In this document: one piece after another, positions 1-13,202 of the stretch
Numbering within the stretch: position 1 is the stretch's first letter
Layout of the letters: each line of letters opens with the position of its first letter
NCBI GenBank assembly: GCA_973895155.1
Contig: OZ316896.1
Coordinates: forward strand, 11,398,795 to 11,462,794
From: Marsupella aquatica
Taxonomy: Eukaryota; Plantae; Marchantiophyta
Length of the DNA: 64,000 nucleotides
Reading direction: 5' to 3'
The notes under the pieces: model-generated
What the model saw: only the letters and a program-made list of their open reading frames with translations
Told to the model about the DNA's origin: nothing
The model's database searches: none
Position numbers and translations under genes: made by a program

Positions 1-2144
1 CCTTCGCTCTAGCTTGCCTGCCTGGATGCCTGGATGCCTGAACTGTCTCTTGCCGCTGCTGATTAAATTTCGATGGACTTCAAACTGTACTGTACACGTT
101 CAATTCAATCATCCATCCATTCGCACCAAACGTGCAGCAGACACCCAACAAAGGTCAAGGCACAGTTCTTAAACTATTGATTTCTTTCAATCTCACTGCT
201 GGAGTTCTTATTAGTAAGTTCCTCGTTTGGTAACTTAGGGTCTGAGTTCGATCGTTGTGAGTGTGCGGTATCGGAATTTGTGCTTCTTCGATCGTTCAGC
301 GTTTGGTCGATCCAACTTGACACCCTTCAATCTTTCAGTCGTGCAGAGAGGTGGCCAGCTGTTGTCCAGGATAAGAGGATAATAAATTATTCATGCAGTG
401 AAGGGGTGGGGTGGATGATTGCAGGCACGACCCATGCCACTAATTCCAATAATAGTCTCTTCACACCGTCAGGAGGCCGAAGCTCTAGTGTCCATGATTT
501 TACGGAAAATCCGAGGAAAGATGCCTTTCTCAATTGGTTCATTTCCAGCTATCCCCAATCTCTAGCTTTTCTCGGCCTAGATCTGAATTTCGAGTTCACG
601 TTGGCTCTGATGTGATTACAGAGGCGAGAATCGAAGTCTATAAACCTTAGAAGTTGCTCTCAGATTCTATCAGTTAATTAACGGGTCTAAACGAAACCTG
701 CGAAGCAACTTCCGTGGCAATTTAATTGAGCTAAATTGTTACACTCTCCACTCTGGACTGGGCAATCCCTCACAAGCGATGGACCGCGCACTATCTGCGG
801 CAAATCAGTGCCTCACGCGTTGTCATGAACGCTATCATGCAGAATGGTAACGCAGTAGTGAGTCTACCGTGATTCAATTCTCGTTGGTTTGGCAAAACTC
901 CCTCAGGTTGGACAGGGGATTATGTGATGTGCAAGTTATGTTGATTAGTACTGTAGCTGTCAATTCATTGTCGGAAGTCTGTTGGCATGAATGTTGAGGT
1001 GACCGTGAGGATAGAAAAGAGGAGGCGCTGTAATACTATCCATCGAGACTTCAGACTCACGGAGGAATGGAGTATGGTCACCAAATTGTCGGCGCGACTG
1101 AATTTCCTGACGTCAGTGGCTGGTGAATAGTAATAAGTAGGGCCGCACCATGTGTTTGTCTGTATCCTTCACGAAATTTCGACGGGAATGGCGGCCCACT
1201 GATGATGGCACGAATTCGGAAAGGATGTTTGAGGAATTGTCGGCTGTCCCCTAGTTAACAGCAAGCCACCAAGTCCAAGGTCAGAGGCCTCCCCCTACGA
1301 CTTCCATCAGGGTTCACTATTTTATTATACTAAGTGGTCCTAAGTGTCCAGCTGAAAAGGGTCCACATGTCAAGCGGCGGTTTTCACGTGATTAAATGGA
1401 ACCAAGTGTCAACGGGAAAACCGACGATCTGCCGAATCGAGTACCTGGATATCGTAGTGTGGTCCAAGTTTCCAGTAGGATAGAGGGTCCGTAGGTTGTC
1501 GACTTGAGGAATTCGCTGATGACAGTTTTTGTGGATTGATTCGTAGAACTCGGGAAACTTGCACGAATGTCAATCGAAACTGGGAACTGTCTACATCTAA
1601 TGACCCATGTCAAACCGAGCGTATTCGAAGGATGGTGCCTGCGTGAATTCATTCATTCAATACAGTCAACAATCGCTGTTCACCCATCTGAATTGAAAAA
1701 CAGATGTCCTGTGTGAATTGGAGAACTCCATTAAAGAATAGTGTTCCCAATTGGATCCATTCCAAATTCTTTATCAAAATAAAATTTTGATTTCGATCTT
1801 GTTTGGATGGGGAATGAAAACTATCTGGATTTATTCAGGACAAAGTACTATTCTGTGGGTCCTAGCCTTTCAATCACATGAAAATTGCGGGAGGTTAGTG
1901 CATTCAGTAAAGTGCACGATGGTGGTCTCCACTGGGTCGCATCTTTAACTGAACATATCAAGTGGAAATGCATGTGTCCACAGCAGTGTTCTCCAGACGT
2001 CCCTGTTGGATCGCTTTTGGACGGAAGTCAACCTTTAGACATCGTGTAAAATCATATTGTCAAACTCCGTCAGAAAAGACATCGAAACCTTAGCATCATT
2101 ACTGCTGTTGCTAAGGAACCTACAGGCATTCTTATCCAAAAGCG

Positions 2145-2525
2145 CACCAATGGTGTTTGAAAAGCCTTGAAACTAAAGTGGCAGCAAACTGACCACCGAC
2201 AAATACTACAGTAAAAGACATTAGTCATTCTCGTCCAGAAACTCACCAATGGTGACTTTCAAATGAAAAAATAAATTTGAAACTAAAGTGGCAGCAAACT
2301 GACCACCGACAAATACTACTTTAGAAGACACTAGTCATTTCGTCCAGGAACTCAACAATGGTGACTTTCAAATGGGAAAAATGAAACTAAAGTGGCAGCA
2401 AGCTCACCACCTGCAGAAGATTGGATTCCCGTTCAGAGACTCACCAATGGTAAAGTTTCAATGAAAGAAATTTGCTCTGTAGTGGGAGAACGCTCACCAC
2501 CTGGAGAAACTGACGACAAATACTA
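2145..2525. repeat. Degenerate ~100-110 bp tandem repeat, 3-4 copies
   Basis: Recurring CACCAATGGTGACTTTCAAATG...GAAACTAAAGTGGCAGCAAACTGACCACCGACAAATACTAC, with units starting near 2145, 2244, 2353 and 2442. Confidence 0.8.
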
Positions 2526-2859
2526 TGCCATGCCACTTAGGCAAGCAGGGCATGGCAGCTCGTTTAGGATCGTTTAGGAGCGCCTGCCAGTTTACCCCAA
2601 ACTGTTCTTCCTCGAGGTCCTGAATAGTCATCAGGACAGGGGGCAAAACCTCGCACTCGAATTCTCTACTTAGGGTGAACTTAGAGGTGCCTGCCAGTTT
2701 GTCGAACTGGTCATCTGGGCCTGCATGCCATGAACCAGTTGTGTGATTGTTTGTGTCGTCAGGACAAGGCAAAACCTCGCGCTACAATTTCCCAGGGTCG
2801 TTTTAAGCGTGTGCCCAAATTTCTCATTTGGGCCTGAACAGGGATTCCCAGTTCGAGGT

Positions 2860-3500
2860 GAGAACGGTCTAGACCTGAACCACTATTCCCAATGTGAGGT
2901 GTGGGACAGTTGTGTTGTGTCCACACCGGTCATTTGGGCCTGAAGTGCTTTTCTCAGTTCGATGTGTAGAATAGTTGTGTTCTGCCCATATTGGTTCTCA
3001 GTTCGACGAGTAGAATAGATCGTGCTTAAATTGGTCATCTTGGCCGGAACTGGTTTCTTGCGTCTTGCCCAAACTGGTCATCTGGGCGTGAACTGGTGTT
3101 CCCAAAAGGAGGTGTGGGACAGTTGTGTCGTGGAACTGATATTTTGTCTCTCGCCCAAACTGGTCTCCTGGGCCTTAACTGGTATTCTCAAGGGAGGAGT
3201 GGAACAGTTGTGTCAAGCCCAAACTCGGCATCCTGGGGCAAAGGCCTTCTGTTTTGTACTGGTTTCGAGATTCGACATTGGAGTTCTTGAATGCAGAGAC
3301 TCTCGATTCATAAACAAGGCCTTGGAAATGAAACCTTGCAGGTTGGGAGCTCTGACCACAGAGAAACATCTCTGAAGATGAGAAGGTCTTGCTGAGAGAC
3401 TCTCGATTCATGACTGAGACCTTGGAGGTTGGGAGCTCGACCACAGAGAAACGTCTCTGAAGGTGAGAGGGTCTTCATCAAAGACTCGATTCATTGATAC
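2860..3500. repeat. Two adjacent degenerate repeat clusters
   Basis: GAGGTGTGGGACAGTTGTGT / GGTCATYTGGGC motifs recur in 2860-3230. GACTCTCGATTCAT...GGTTGGGAGCTC..ACCACAGAGAAACRTCTCTGAAG occurs 2-3 times in 3297-3500. Confidence 0.65.
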
Positions 3501-4390
3501 AGACACGACTTTGTGTGGGTTCACAAAAGAATAACCAGTAAAGCACGCAAGGACGGTGGTGGGGCACGAAAAGAAGTGCAGTAAGTCCAGGAGTACACGA
3601 CATAACTGGAGTTTTGAGATCCGATAGCTCTTCGGTCATGATTAGTGCACACACGCCTCCAACTAGACAACCAGACGGAGAGCTTTCGACGATCAGTGGG
3701 GCCCGAGGCGAAAGCAGCAATTCAGCCCTAAACAGAATTACTCCTGAAACCAATGCACGGGAACATTATGGATGTCTTGAAGGTGGCCACATGAACATAG
3801 GAGGCTACAAAATTGTCGACAAGAAAACAGGCAAGCATAAAACAAAAGCGGATAAAGAATGCAGAAAGCCCATCAATGTAATGGCATTCTCTATTATGTT
3901 GCCAACTACATCCTCCACCTTTTCAGGCCCTCTATGAGGCAAAGCATGAGTCTTTCCTCTACGTGAGTCCAATGTAAAATTAAATACTCCAAGATCCTAA
4001 ACAACGATTCGTTCAGTTTGACGTGGGAAACCTATCGCTCAGACTCTGGATGATAGCTCCCGACGGAGCCGAAAAATGGTAAACTGAGCCAAATAAAACT
4101 CCACATTTGACAATGGCCCTTCACCGGTGGAGATGGCTTAGTGAACAAGATGAAAATCAGAGCAAAAAGGAGAATGCAGCTCATCATGACTACACCCTCA
4201 CAGATTTCGGCTGACTGGATACCGTGGATAACTGAATTTCATTACTACACAATTAATGGCTTAAAATGCCGTATATTCATCTCCCAAAAGAGGGGAGAGA
4301 CATGTGGGTTGAAAATAATGGCCTTCTCCTTACTTAGCCGTCGCTACCATGAGTCGTGGATCACTTGTGGAGAAACAATCCGTAAGGGCC

Positions 4391-7300
4391 TTACCAATGT
4401 CCTAGTGCCTGCCCCATCTTGATTCTGTCACCATTCTTTGTAGAGAACCTAAAACTTCCGGTCGCACCCTCCTCCCCGCACCAAGAACTAGAACTTTCGC
4501 TGGTTGTGTCATCATCTACTTCCGATGATACTGGAGCTTCGAAAACAAGAACCACCGTGGAACCTAGATTAAAGACGGCCACCTGAGGAAGGACAACACA
4601 GTTTAATTCAGTCCCGCGTCCAAACGTAGCAACACGTCAATACCGTCGCACCAATAGGTCGTATGTAAGAGACAGATTGGTGACAATTTCAATCCTGCCG
4701 ATAGTTCTTGCAGGGAGTTGCCTACTAGAGCAATACCTCTTCCCCAGCTTTAACGGACAAGCCAGTCCCCTTTTCTCCATAAGATCTAGAGCTCACGTGC
4801 TTTGCAGCAGATAGTCCAAGCTTCCGTTGATTAGTCTTCAATTCAGGCTCGATTTTTAGCTGCACGGGAAAGTGGGACATGTGAGTTGTTCGGCAATCAT
4901 GTCTGACCCTAACGGCACACATGCTAGAAAATAGTCCGAGTTCTCATGCATCCTTTTTGCATATAGAATTAAGTTTGCTGACCTCTATGGAGCCCACGTT
5001 TGTGGCACCCACTGCAGCAACGGCCATCAAGCCGTGGGACCATCTACCTTCAAGTACAACCTGAAAGTTCGCCGGGCCCACAGACAAAGGGAAAACATTC
5101 AGTATCCCTTGCAACGCTGCGAAAATGGTCTACTCCGCAAGGTTTACCCATGACGTACAAGAAGTAGCCCAAGAACACACGGTAACTGCTTGGAAATGAC
5201 CTAAATATGAATTCCAGGCACATGTGAATGACATATATTCGGCAGAAGTTCAAGGTGATTCAGCTATCAATGACACTGCCGAGCTTACGCTATTGTACAG
5301 TCATAAATGATTACCCATCATCTCAGAGGACAGAGTTAAGACCAAGTCAAAGAGATATTCTGAGAAAGAGCATCAGAACGGAGATATGAGCACGGCAACA
5401 CACCCTTTCATTGACAACATAGAGATCTTTAATAGTCCTCACTGCGCGCTCATTTACTGGATACAAGCGCCCTGGTACAAACCATCAAAATTCATCAGCA
5501 TCCTACCAGATCCATGCTGCAGCTCATGTGCATTCGGAGGAAACTTACTTGTCCAAATCATCACAAAACTTGAGTAGCCAGGAGCCATCACGAAGCAAAC
5601 AAATAGTCTAGGATAGTTTTCTTTTCTTTTTTAAACAAATAGTTTCTTGAACGTTGTCACCAGGGCTATCGCAAAGCTCACCATAAAAATGACGGCGATG
5701 TAGAATATCCCAATCAGCAGGAGAGTGTATGCGATGGTAGTCACCAGGACCGAGATAAAGGACACAATAAAAAAGTCCCTTCCCTGTTCTGCATTGCGAA
5801 GTAGGAACGACGTCTAAATTAAGTTTCTAGAAGAAGCCCATGAAAATCTAGGATTTTTGCACTCGGCATGCCAAGCGTGCACCTTTTCCATCATCTAGTA
5901 GGAAGATATTCTACAACGATCGATCTCGATCTAAGTTGTACTTCAAAAGCAATGTCTCAAACCAATCGCAGCTTTTGACAATTAATCGAGAGCAAGAGAC
6001 CACTCACATTTCCGAAGGCTGCCTTTGAAAGGTTGAACCTGATGACGAGATATCTCTCGAAGCTGTTACTATTAACGGCTCACTGAGTTGAGGTTCAATT
6101 GAACTAATTTGAACATCCTCCAGTAAAGAACTTGACGACACAGGAGGATCAGCTCCAAGAAGCGACGAGACTGAATAAGAGAAGCCTTTGACTTGCTCAA
6201 TCATAGTTCCGGATCCATTAATTCGCCCACATTGCAGAACGACTCCATCCACTGGGCTGAGCTGCACACTCGCACAGACGCTAACATTAGTCAACGCGAC
6301 ATCCATTGCAATAATCTCCTCGCCATATTCTCTGGCAGGTACAATCAAATTAAGACTACCTCAGGCGCCACACAAAATCTTCAAACAAAAGAACAGTTGG
6401 GAGCATAGGGATTACCAGTTACCAGGCATGCAGGGCTTGGATCGAGTGGTCTGGCGCCTTCCTTCAAAGTCCTCGTAAAAAAATCACGGAGGGAGGCATA
6501 TTCTTCAATTGGAAGTGACGCTTCGTCCAGGTCTGCCATTAAATAATGCACCCGACGCATCCGTTAATCGGCGTGCACAACGAAGTTACGGAAGACTTCG
6601 CCAAAAGCAACCTCTCTTTTTTTTCTCTCGGAAAAGTCTATTCGGCACAAGCAACCGCTAATCAGCTACCCAACCATGAAAACCCGGACACCTCAAATCA
6701 TTGCTCCGTCGAGAATTCGAATTTGCTGTTCCACATTATGCGCATTCCCCAAATGAGCCACTAATCAGGCGACATTCTTCAGATACCAACAAAAGAGGAT
6801 TCGTATCTGAAGAATGTTGGTATCAACGAAATTTAATTTATAAACAAAAAGAAGCGAGGATGAATTTCGAGATATATCAAGTGCTGCTGCAATGGGCAAA
6901 AAACTAACCAGCATGAAAAGCTCGAGCCCACCCTTTGTAAACATAAGGACGCATCCAGACAGGAAGGTCCTACAAAATTGAAACAATGACCACCCTTCAG
7001 ATCATAGAGACATGTCAGGGTATTTCACTGCAATAAAGTGGAGATTTCAACGCCAAAAATGCCCCGAGTTTTTCTCACTCGAAAATTGCACTAGTCCCGT
7101 ATCACAATGATTCCGGCTTTGACGAGTCAGCTCCCACGACTTGAGCAGCTCCGCCCAATTTTACCCATTTTGCCCAATTGTGAATTGTTGGACCGCCACA
7201 AAAGTCTATTATTGTGTGTCCATTTGTATATTGGAAAACAAAGGAAATCAGGTACAAAGAGGGGAAATTACCACAGAGGTGAGCGATCCCCAAGTCCGCG

Positions 7301-7930
7301 ATATTAGCCGCAAAGGAAGCAACTGAAGAACAGTGGCCTGCAAAGGGAATCAAGGAAAGCTCAATCGCACGTCACACGGACGTGAAACATTTACCACCTC
7401 CAGAATTTGTCAAGGTTTCCCCTACACCAACAAATTGAATTGCAGGACAAGAAATAGAATCTTCATTGAAGACAATCCCATAACGCAATGAATTGCATCG
7501 TAGATGGAAAAGAGAATCTACTAAACATCAAGAAGGAGAATAGGGAAGTTACCTTCCAGTCGGCAGTGAATTCCGGTTCTACGCCTTGACGTCTTGCCTC
7601 TTCAGTCTGGATCATGCACAAATATCAGAGAAAAGGGGAGGAGTCACTTGTTTAGCCAGAGCCAAATACGTGCTACCCTACACGTCCTCCACAAAATCAC
7701 CGTTTCTGGAGGTCGCCGAGCCATTTCTGTCGAAAACAAGCTCGGTTCTGAGGCTCCACCACAGAAGTGCGTTTCATGATGAATGAGTCAACAACTACAA
7801 AACCTGTCCAACAATGGCAGGATGGACGGCGTTCAGCACGTGCGTACCTGCTTATCGTCGTACATGCGTCGAATGTGTAACGCTCCTAGCATCATCAGCG
7901 TGGCAACCGTTGCCCCGGGTATAAATCCAC
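4391..7930 (-). CDS. PSD1: Phosphatidylserine decarboxylase proenzyme, mitochondrial PSD1 type (multi-exon; N-terminal exon(s) unresolved upstream of 7930)
   Basis: GT-AG exons in frame: 7930-7848, 7606-7553, 7337-7272, 6969-6909, 6532-6423, 6261-6008, 5788-5682, 5471-5404, 5060-4983, 4859-4737, 4582-4391. Motifs [52 protein letters not shown] and the autocleavage motif [14 protein letters not shown]. Confidence 0.93.
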
Positions 7931-9354
7931 CTGGTCGACGAACAGCACGAAAAAGTTATTAAAGTTTAAGCATTCACATGGTACCCTCAGTGAAAAGCCG
8001 TCCTTGGCCAGAAGCAAAAAGATTCGGAAGGTGCAAAGATACATAATAATCTGGATGGTGAGAAACATTCTCCGGTACAATAAGAAACATGATTATGAGG
8101 TCCTTCAAATCCCACAGCGGATCTGGTGAAGGGCAATTGGGATTGTCGACGATAAAACGTTTTCAACAGAGTATTGATTGGATTCCAAGACCCCTGTCCC
8201 AGAGCAAGACCGACAACATCCAAAGCATTGAAGGCTCATTGTCCACGTCTGGGACATGATATAATGAGAAGGAGACAAACTCGCAGGAGAGTGAATGCCT
8301 GAGCCGCCCCTGAATCCAAAACCCTAAACCTCAGCTGCCGAATTCCACTCCGTTGCAAAATATCCAACCAACATGCCCAATCACTGGACCACCAGCTTTT
8401 CCAACTGCGTTCAATCTTCCCAGCAATCTACCTACCCTCTGAGCCCAAACCTTTGAAACCGTCCCTAGGGTGGCGAGAGGATCCAAGTAAATCACTGTAC
8501 AATACCTTCAACCGGAAACCGCCGCCCACCATCTTCAACAGACGCCACACTCAGCTTCCTTTTCCCTGCTCTGGGAATCCCAAAGCAGGACTTGATTCCA
8601 GCGTCCCCCACAGAACACCACGTCTTGCCCCTCAACATCGGCATCTCCTCTATCAGCCTGAATTCAACCCAACCACTTGCTCCGCGATCTCGAGCTCCCC
8701 GATGGCCTGATCCCCACAGGAAACGATAGCCGCAGCAGCAGCAGCATCTACCACAACTCATGGGAGCAGCAGCTCCAAATCCACCCCAACCCTTGCCCCT
8801 GTTTCAATAATGTACTCATCACACAGACTGTCAACAATCCGCTCTCTCCTGAAAACCGCTCCACCGCTCCGATGCCAGCAGCAGCAGCAGCAGCAGGAGC
8901 AGCAGAGCAAAATCGATCTTGAAAGCCGTGATCAGCAGCCCTCCGCCGCATCAGTACCGTCAGCTCAGCTCACGGATGAATCCATCGCTGCCATTTGCTG
9001 CAATTACCCGGCAAGTAGAGTTCAGGATTCTTTCCCAAAAGTGACAGTTGTGACCGAAATGAGATCCACAAAGCAATAGCAAAGCTTTCCCCTCTCTCGC
9101 TCTCTCTCTCTCTCTTTGGACAGATTGAGTGCCCACCACTCCAGCTGACAGGTGAGAGACACTCATGGGACCTACAGTGGTGGCTCAGACCAACAATACA
9201 AAATAATTAGTATATGCTTTTGGGGGCCGACCATGCGTCCTCTCATTCAAGAAAAAGCTCTCCACCACATTGAACTGGGCGTCTGGGCAGCAAACCTTTA
9301 CTACACGTGGATCAAAAAGTCAATCTTGTCATCTACCTAGCTAAACAATATAAA

Positions 9355-9720
9355 CATGCTCTTTCTTTCTCATGGTGTGGTTACCAAATGTCATTTTGGC
9401 TATGCTCTTCCTTTCTCATGGTGTGCTTGACAAATGTCATTTTGGCTATGCTCTTCCTTTCTCATGGTGTGCTTGACAAATGTCATTTTGGCGGGAAGCC
9501 TCCGTGTGGTCCTTCGGTTATCTAAACATTATTATATGAAATATCTCTCTTTCTTTCTCATGGTCTGAAGCCTCCGTGGTGGTTCTACTAGGGGATCTCA
9601 AGCCTCAAAATCTGATGGTCTTTAACTTAGTAGGCAACGGACAGAAAAAAAGGGGATCTCAAACCTCAAAATCTGATGGTCTTTAACGTAGTAGGTAAGG
9701 TTAAGGACAGAAAAAGTTAT
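9355..9720. repeat. Short tandem duplications (46 bp x3; ~62 bp x2)
   Basis: ATGCTCTTYCTTTCTCATGGTGTG..T.ACAAATGTCATTTTGGC x3 (9357-9492); GGGGATCTCAARCCTCAAAATCTGATGGTCTTTAAC.TAGTAGG x2 (9591, 9652). Confidence 0.85.
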
Positions 9721-9964
9721 GGGCTACCAAATTTGTAAACCATAACTTTTTGCTATAGGGATTGGTCATATGCCATGACCACAAGTCACTGTCGACGCTA
9801 GTGAAAAGAAAATTTTTACACAGCCATGTGAAAAGGCCATGGTTATTTGTTTATGGCCAAAAGCCATCAACTATGAAGCTTTGAGATGCCCTATTAGGAT
9901 GCAATATTTTCTAACCCTTTAATTCCCACATGCAACCCGCCACCCTCCCTGCGTTCATACACTC

Positions 9965-10660
9965 CTTAAATCTAATTGTCAGGCCAACTCACCAACTCCC
10001 CAGGGTTTCCAATTGTCTGACCATCTCACTTATGTTCAAAAATATTGTGCTCAACATCACTCACTCTAGACAATATTGTACAACACATGGGCATTAGGCT
10101 GCAATAGTACAAAGTAGTCACGCTTGTGGGGCTGTCCTTGCATGCTGTTATTGAAGTAAAGGTAATCCACCAAAATAAATTGGGCAACAAAGGTGAGTCC
10201 ACACAGGGGCATTAGGCTACAGTAGTACAAAGTAATCACGCTTTTGGGGCTGCCTTGCATCCTCTTATGGAAGTAAAGGTACTCCACCAAAATAAATTGG
10301 GCAACAAGAGGTGAGTCCAGTCAGATCATTAAGTCAATCTTATCATCTATCAAAACATCTCAACAGTATAATATGCAATATATCCCACTCTATTTTTCTC
10401 ATGGACTGTTTACAAAATGTCATTTGGCGGGAAATGAGCCAATGGCCAAGGAGGCCATTGTGTACCTTTTCCATGCCTAACCTGTCATTTCCCCCTTAGC
10501 TAGAACACTCATTGAAATCCAATTGTCAAGCCAACTTGCGAACTCCATCCGACTTGCGGACTCCCTCCAATGTCCAAGTGTCTAGCCATCTCACTTAATC
10601 CTCAAAAACTTTTTTGCTCAACAGCAATTGCTAACAAAAATATAGTACAAATGCAGAGGC
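9965..10660. repeat. 118-bp tandem pair inside a pair of degenerate dispersed direct repeats
   Basis: GGGCATTAGGCTRCARTAGTACAAAGTA...CCACCAAAATAAATTGGGCAACAA..GGTGAGTCCA x2 (~10089-10320). AAATCYAATTGTCARGCCAACT...CCATCTCACTTA...GCTCAACA at ~9968 and ~10515. Confidence 0.75.
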
Positions 10661-11267
10661 ATTGGACTAGTCTACACTATTAGTGGAGATTAGCTATCAA
10701 AGTCTAGGGTTCATGACAAACTGTGTAAAGTGAAGTCATATGCTGCAATTTATCAGGTAATATTCTTTATTCATTCAAACTATCCCTGTGACTAGGGATG
10801 GGCATGGAGAGCCTGCATACAAGGAGCTCTTCCTGGGCTATGCACTAGTATTGGTGCCAGTCAGCACTCACCAACAAGCAGGTGTGTGGGGTAGGGTGCC
10901 CGGCAGGGTGGAGAGAAATCCTCCGGCAAAAAAAACACCAATCCTCCTCCCCCTAAGCAGCTCCCTCTGAGCGTCCCTGATGACTCCCTCCCTCCTTGGC
11001 CACATTGGAAGGATGCCTTTTCTTGACCATTGTGCTATATGGCTGAAGATATTCATTCTTGAGAAACTCATTTATTGTTCCCCATTGGGTCCGGCAAGTC
11101 AATGTTGCTGTCATCACCCACTGCCTATCATGTAAAGAAAGTGAAGACTTGAGGGTGTATGCAAGGGTGTATGTCTCCCCATTTCCAAATGTTGACAGTT
11201 CATGGATCCGCATAAGTGCAAAGTCCCCTCGGCATTAATTGTCCTAGCAAATTAAACATAGCCCAGC

Positions 11268-11376
11268 CCAACAGTAGATTGAAGTCTTTATTGTGGCAAG
11301 CGAGTTTCTGAGTTCAAACCTCCCAACAGTAGATTGAAGTCTTCATTGTGGCAAGCGAGTTTCTGAGTTCAAACCT
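11268..11376. repeat. ~55-bp tandem duplication
   Basis: CCAACAGTAGATTGAAGTCTTYATTGTGGCAAGCGAGTTTCTGAGTTCAAACCT twice. Confidence 0.9.
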
Positions 11377-11967
11377 TACAACTCGACCAGCTCATCCCAA
11401 AGTGGGCTTCACCCAAATGCTTTGCACACAAAATAATGGACACTTGGAAAAATTGAAGGTCACTCTCTCGTCACCTAAATGTAAATGGGTAGGTGAGCAT
11501 CATCTAAGAGCGGGACCAGGCTGGGAAGGGGAGCCCGGGGAAGCCCGGTACCGGGCCAGGAGGCGTTTGGGAAAGTTCGTGACCAGGCATGGAATATAGG
11601 CAAATATGCAACATTTGGCCCCATTTTGAGCCAGAATGTGACGAGTTCGAACCGGGTTGGGTCCTGCATATTAGGTTTTAGGGTGCTCGTTGTTGTTAGA
11701 GAGGTGTTCTCTAGCTAATTTAGCCACTAAAAAAAGGCAAAAAGCGCTTAATATAGGTATCGATTGATATTCAATGTCAGTCAATGAGTAACATAGGCAA
11801 TGTCAGTCAATGAGTAACATAGGTCCCTCCCTACCTTTCAGGCATTAGGTGATCGATGTTGTGCAAACGTATTGAATCTCGTCGACGATGCTACCACAGT
11901 GTTTTTGCTGCCATGGCAGGGCCCTGGGCCCATCGACGGCAGGTTGGAGACTTGGAGTGCTGGACCC

Positions 11968-12870
11968 AGCTCAAATTTAGTACTCCGTCATAATAATGAA
12001 TCGCTCTCCCGCTCGCCCGAGCTTGTCCCAAATTCCCAATTCGTTGGTCCAAAGGCAGTTGTGTAGTGCGTCGTTGGAATTCTGGGTAGCTGAGTTTTGA
12101 CGAGCCGCAACCAAAACCCCGAAATCGAAGAGCACTGTACAGTGTGTCTCAGCTCAAATTTATTTAGTTCTCCGTAGTAATGAATGGCTCTCACACTCGA
12201 GCTCGTCCCAAATTCCGATTTCGTTTGTCCAGAAGTAGCGGATCAGCTAATGAGTGCGTCGGTGGATCCTGGGGAAGCTGAAATTTGACGAGCCCGAACT
12301 AAAAACCCGAAATCGAAGGGTACTGTACCGTATGTCTGAGCTCAAATTTCTCTAGTCTAGTCTATTCTAGTTCTAGTCTAGTACTTCATAATAATGAATC
12401 GCTCTCCCGCTCCAGTGCTCCACCTCGTCCGAAATTCCCCATGCGTTTGTCCCGAAGCAGCTGATGAGTGCGTCGGTGCCTCGGTGGAATCCGGGGAAGC
12501 TGAGATTTGACGACGCGCAACGAAAATTCCAAAATCAAACGGTACGTACATAACACCCGGCCGAGCTAGAATTTACTACTCCTCAATAATGAATCTCTCG
12601 CGCGCTCGTCCCAAATTCCCAACGACCCAATGTCTGTACAGAAGCAGCTGATGAGCAAGTCGGTGGCATCCGGGGAAGCTCGGATTCGGCGAGGCGAAAC
12701 CAAAATCCGAAATCAAAGAATATAGTGTGTCCTAGCGGGCCCAGTTTAAATTTACTACTACGTAATGAGAATGAATAGCTCTCCCGCTCGAGCTAGTCCC
12801 AAATCTCCAATTTGTTGTCCGTAAGCGAAGCAGCTTATGAGATCAGATATGAGATCCGAGGAAGCTGAGA
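11968..12870. repeat. Degenerate ~190-bp tandem array, 5 copies
   Basis: Units start near 11968, 12151, 12339, 12564 and 12743 and share AGCTCAAATTT...ATAATGAATCGCTCTCCCGCTC...GTCCCAAATTCCC...GAAGCAGCTGATGAGTGCGTCGGTGG...GGGGAAGCTGAGATTTGACG...CCGAAATCGAA. Confidence 0.85.
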
Positions 12871-13038
12871 AGAGGTAGTAGCGGAAGAGTTTAGAAGCTG
12901 CTATATATGGAAACTGTTATCCTGTACCGGATAGATATGCTTAGTAGACCCCTTCTTTGAAAAAGTTTGCTTGAAAAAGTTTGCTTAATCAAACCCCTCC
13001 ATGCTTTTTCCCCAATGCTTTTTCCCCAATGTGTACTG

Positions 13039-13202
13039 GTGATTGGACCTTTAGATCTTAGATTTGGATCATTGATAGACCTGGGGTTGGTCAAGTAACA
13101 AGTTTCATTTTGGGGATTGATGATTGGACCTTTAGATCTTAGATTTGGATCATTGATAGACCTGGGTTTGGTCAAGTAACAAATTTCATTTTGGGGATTG
13201 AT
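13039..13202. repeat. ~81-bp near-perfect tandem duplication
   Basis: TGATTGGACCTTTAGATCTTAGATTTGGATCATTGATAGACCTGGG.TTGGTCAAGTAACAA.TTTCATTTTGGGGATTGAT twice. Confidence 0.9.

Noticed and set aside
1290-1500. Imperfect inverted similarity suggesting a MULE-type MITE
   Set aside because: The arms are too degenerate and no target duplication was found.
11610-11670. B-box-like GAGTTCGAACC suggesting a tRNA or SINE
   Set aside because: The T-stem does not pair, and there is no A-box or cloverleaf.
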